Positions 61,901-64,000 of a DNA stretch of 64,000 nt are shown piece after piece. Within the stretch, counting starts at the first letter, position 1; every line of letters begins with the position of its first letter. A program made the position numbers and the translations under genes. Origin of the DNA: Octopus sinensis (Eukaryota); assembly GCF_006345805.1 (NCBI RefSeq), contig NC_043020.1, forward strand, positions 26,288,001 to 26,352,000, in the 5' to 3' direction. Under the pieces are notes generated by a model, which did no database searches, was not told where the DNA came from, and worked only from the letters and a program-made list of their open reading frames with translations.

Positions 61901-62159
61901 ACCTAAACAGTTAATCTTTGTTAACGGGGGGGGGGGGGGGCTGATATGGATACAAAATGATTGTGTATGTGCGTGGAAGAATATGTTGTATTCTAAGAAT
62001 GTCTGTAGAATTTGTTCAGCTTTACCATTCCATGTTAAAAGTTGTTTTAATGAGAGATTCCTTCATATGTCTTTCACTTGGTTTGTGTTTTTGTTGCTTT
62101 TCTTCTCAATATCTTCGGATGCCTCTTCCTTCTCCATGTTCCTCCCTCTCCTCTTCTCC

Positions 62160-63394
62160 CCCTCCTCCTCCTCCTCATCATCATCTACATCACAGCATAA
62201 CCATCATCATCATCACCACCACCATCATCGTCCTCATCATCATCACCATTTCCACCATCATCACCACCACCACCATCATCATCATTATCCTCATCATCAT
62301 CATTTCCACCATCATCACCACCACTGTCATCATCATCATAACTACTACCATCATCATCTACATTAAAGAATAGTTACCATCACCACCACCACCATCATCA
62401 TCATATTCATCACCATCTATGCCACACAATAACCATCACCACTATCATAACTATCACCATCAACATTTGCTCCATCATCATCATCATCAGTAGCAGCAGC
62501 AGCAGCTCTGGCTGTTGTAATCTTGATGTTGGAGGTAGTAATGTTAAAAAAGACAGAAATGATGACAGGACTGGTGATGATGATGATGACGATGACTACA
62601 TTATGATGAGAATGATGACAACGATGTTGGTAACTATAGTTCTCATGGTGACAGTGATGCACGCACACACACACATATACATACACACACACACATACAC
62701 ACACATATACATACACACACACTTATATTTCTTTCAATAACAAAAACAACCATGACGGTCAAAAATGCAAACAAACTTATTAATATATCTATCAGTCTAT
62801 CTGTCTTTCTTTTGTCTCTCTGTCTGTCAGTCTGACCGTCTATATATATCTATCAATCTATATCAATCAATCTATCTATCAGTCTCTACCTGTCGACCTG
62901 TGTGTCTGCAGTATATGTGTGTGTGTGTGTAATATAAGGTAAACAGGATATATACATTTATAGATATATACCTTTACATATATCTGTATATATACTTGTC
63001 TAGCTGGCTGGCTGTCTGTCTATCTGTCTGTCTGTCTGTCTGTATGTAGGTATGTCTGTCTGTGTATGTCTATGTATGTATGTATCTATCTTGTGACATT
63101 AATGACCGAGGTTACCATGGTCTTTTCCGTAGGCTTTTCTTTCCACAGATAAACCGTATCTGCTTCCCCCTTTACAATTTACATCATGACATTTCTGTGA
63201 TACACGATCCCTGTTGATCATTATTTCTTTACTTTTTTCCTTTTTACAATCCCTTTTGATCAAAAACCTACCCCACTTTTTTTTTCTCCCCAAAAAGAAA
63301 AGCTCTACTTTGCAATTTATCCCGTCTGTGTCCAACCCTGTGTGGCTAATAAAGAAACATGTCTGTCTGTATGTCTATCTGTCTAATGTGTGTA

Positions 63395-63443
<49 letters not shown>

Positions 63444-63703
63444 GTGTATGTCTATCTGCCGTCTATCTATCTGTCTCGGTGTGTATGTCTGTCTGTGTAA
63501 TCTGTGTATGTCTATCTATCTATCTATCTCTCTCTCTGTCTGTCCGTCTGTTTATCTATCATTCTTTCGCTCTGTCTGTCTGTCTGTCTCCATCTCTCTC
63601 TTCATCCATCCAGCCATCCATGCATCATTCTGTCTGTCTGTCTCTGTTACTCTCTCTCTCTCTCTATCTGTATGTCTATCTACCTGTCTATCCGTCAGTC
63701 TGT

Positions 63704-63737
<34 letters not shown>

Positions 63738-63800
63738 GTGTATGTCTATCTATCTATCTGTCTATATATCAAGAGAAAGACACTTGTGCATGCACAAACA
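62160..63800. repeat. (CAT/CAC)n, (CA)n, (TCTA)n and (TCTG)n microsatellites
   Basis: Read directly. Confidence 0.9.
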
Positions 63801-64000
63801 CACACACACATATACACACAATCTTTGGATTCACTTCACATCACAGAAAAAACATTCAGCCGAATCTATTTTTATTGACAAACAAAGCTATAAAAATTAT
63901 AGCTCGTTATAAACACAACACTAATTGTTGACGAACCAAGCAAAAGACTCTCTCTTTTATCATCACATTTCTTGTTGTCATTCTTGTTTTTGTTGTTTCG

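Noticed and set aside
7-63931. Most ORFs in the supplied track (poly-YI, VC, HT, SL, T, I, H)
   Set aside because: They are translations of di- and trinucleotide microsatellites, open in several frames and on both strands.

Overview
AT-rich eukaryotic DNA made almost entirely of microsatellites and interspersed repeats. The SINE, RTE and MITE families present point to a coleoid cephalopod, most likely Octopus (from repeat recognition, not a database search). No complete protein-coding gene, rRNA, tRNA gene or CRISPR array can be supported. Nearly all ORFs in the supplied track are translations of simple repeats. The real protein-coding remnants are transposon pieces: three internally deleted mariner elements, a hAT C-terminal fragment, a CR1-like RT end and an RTE ORF end. 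The most notable signal is about a dozen type I hammerhead-ribozyme-like motifs in short (150-250 bp) non-coding repeats, with covarying helix I. Two sit in divergent palindromes typical of Penelope-like elements. One palindrome has a tRNA-like Pol III head and a 12-bp target duplication, suggesting a tRNA-headed, ribozyme-carrying, Penelope-dependent SINE. Also present are head-retaining 184-bp SINE multimers with a fixed junction, a 16-bp minisatellite, an inverted duplication bounded by piggyBac-like MITEs, and a few low-confidence exon candidates. Boundaries of degenerate repeats are approximate (about 10-20 bp).
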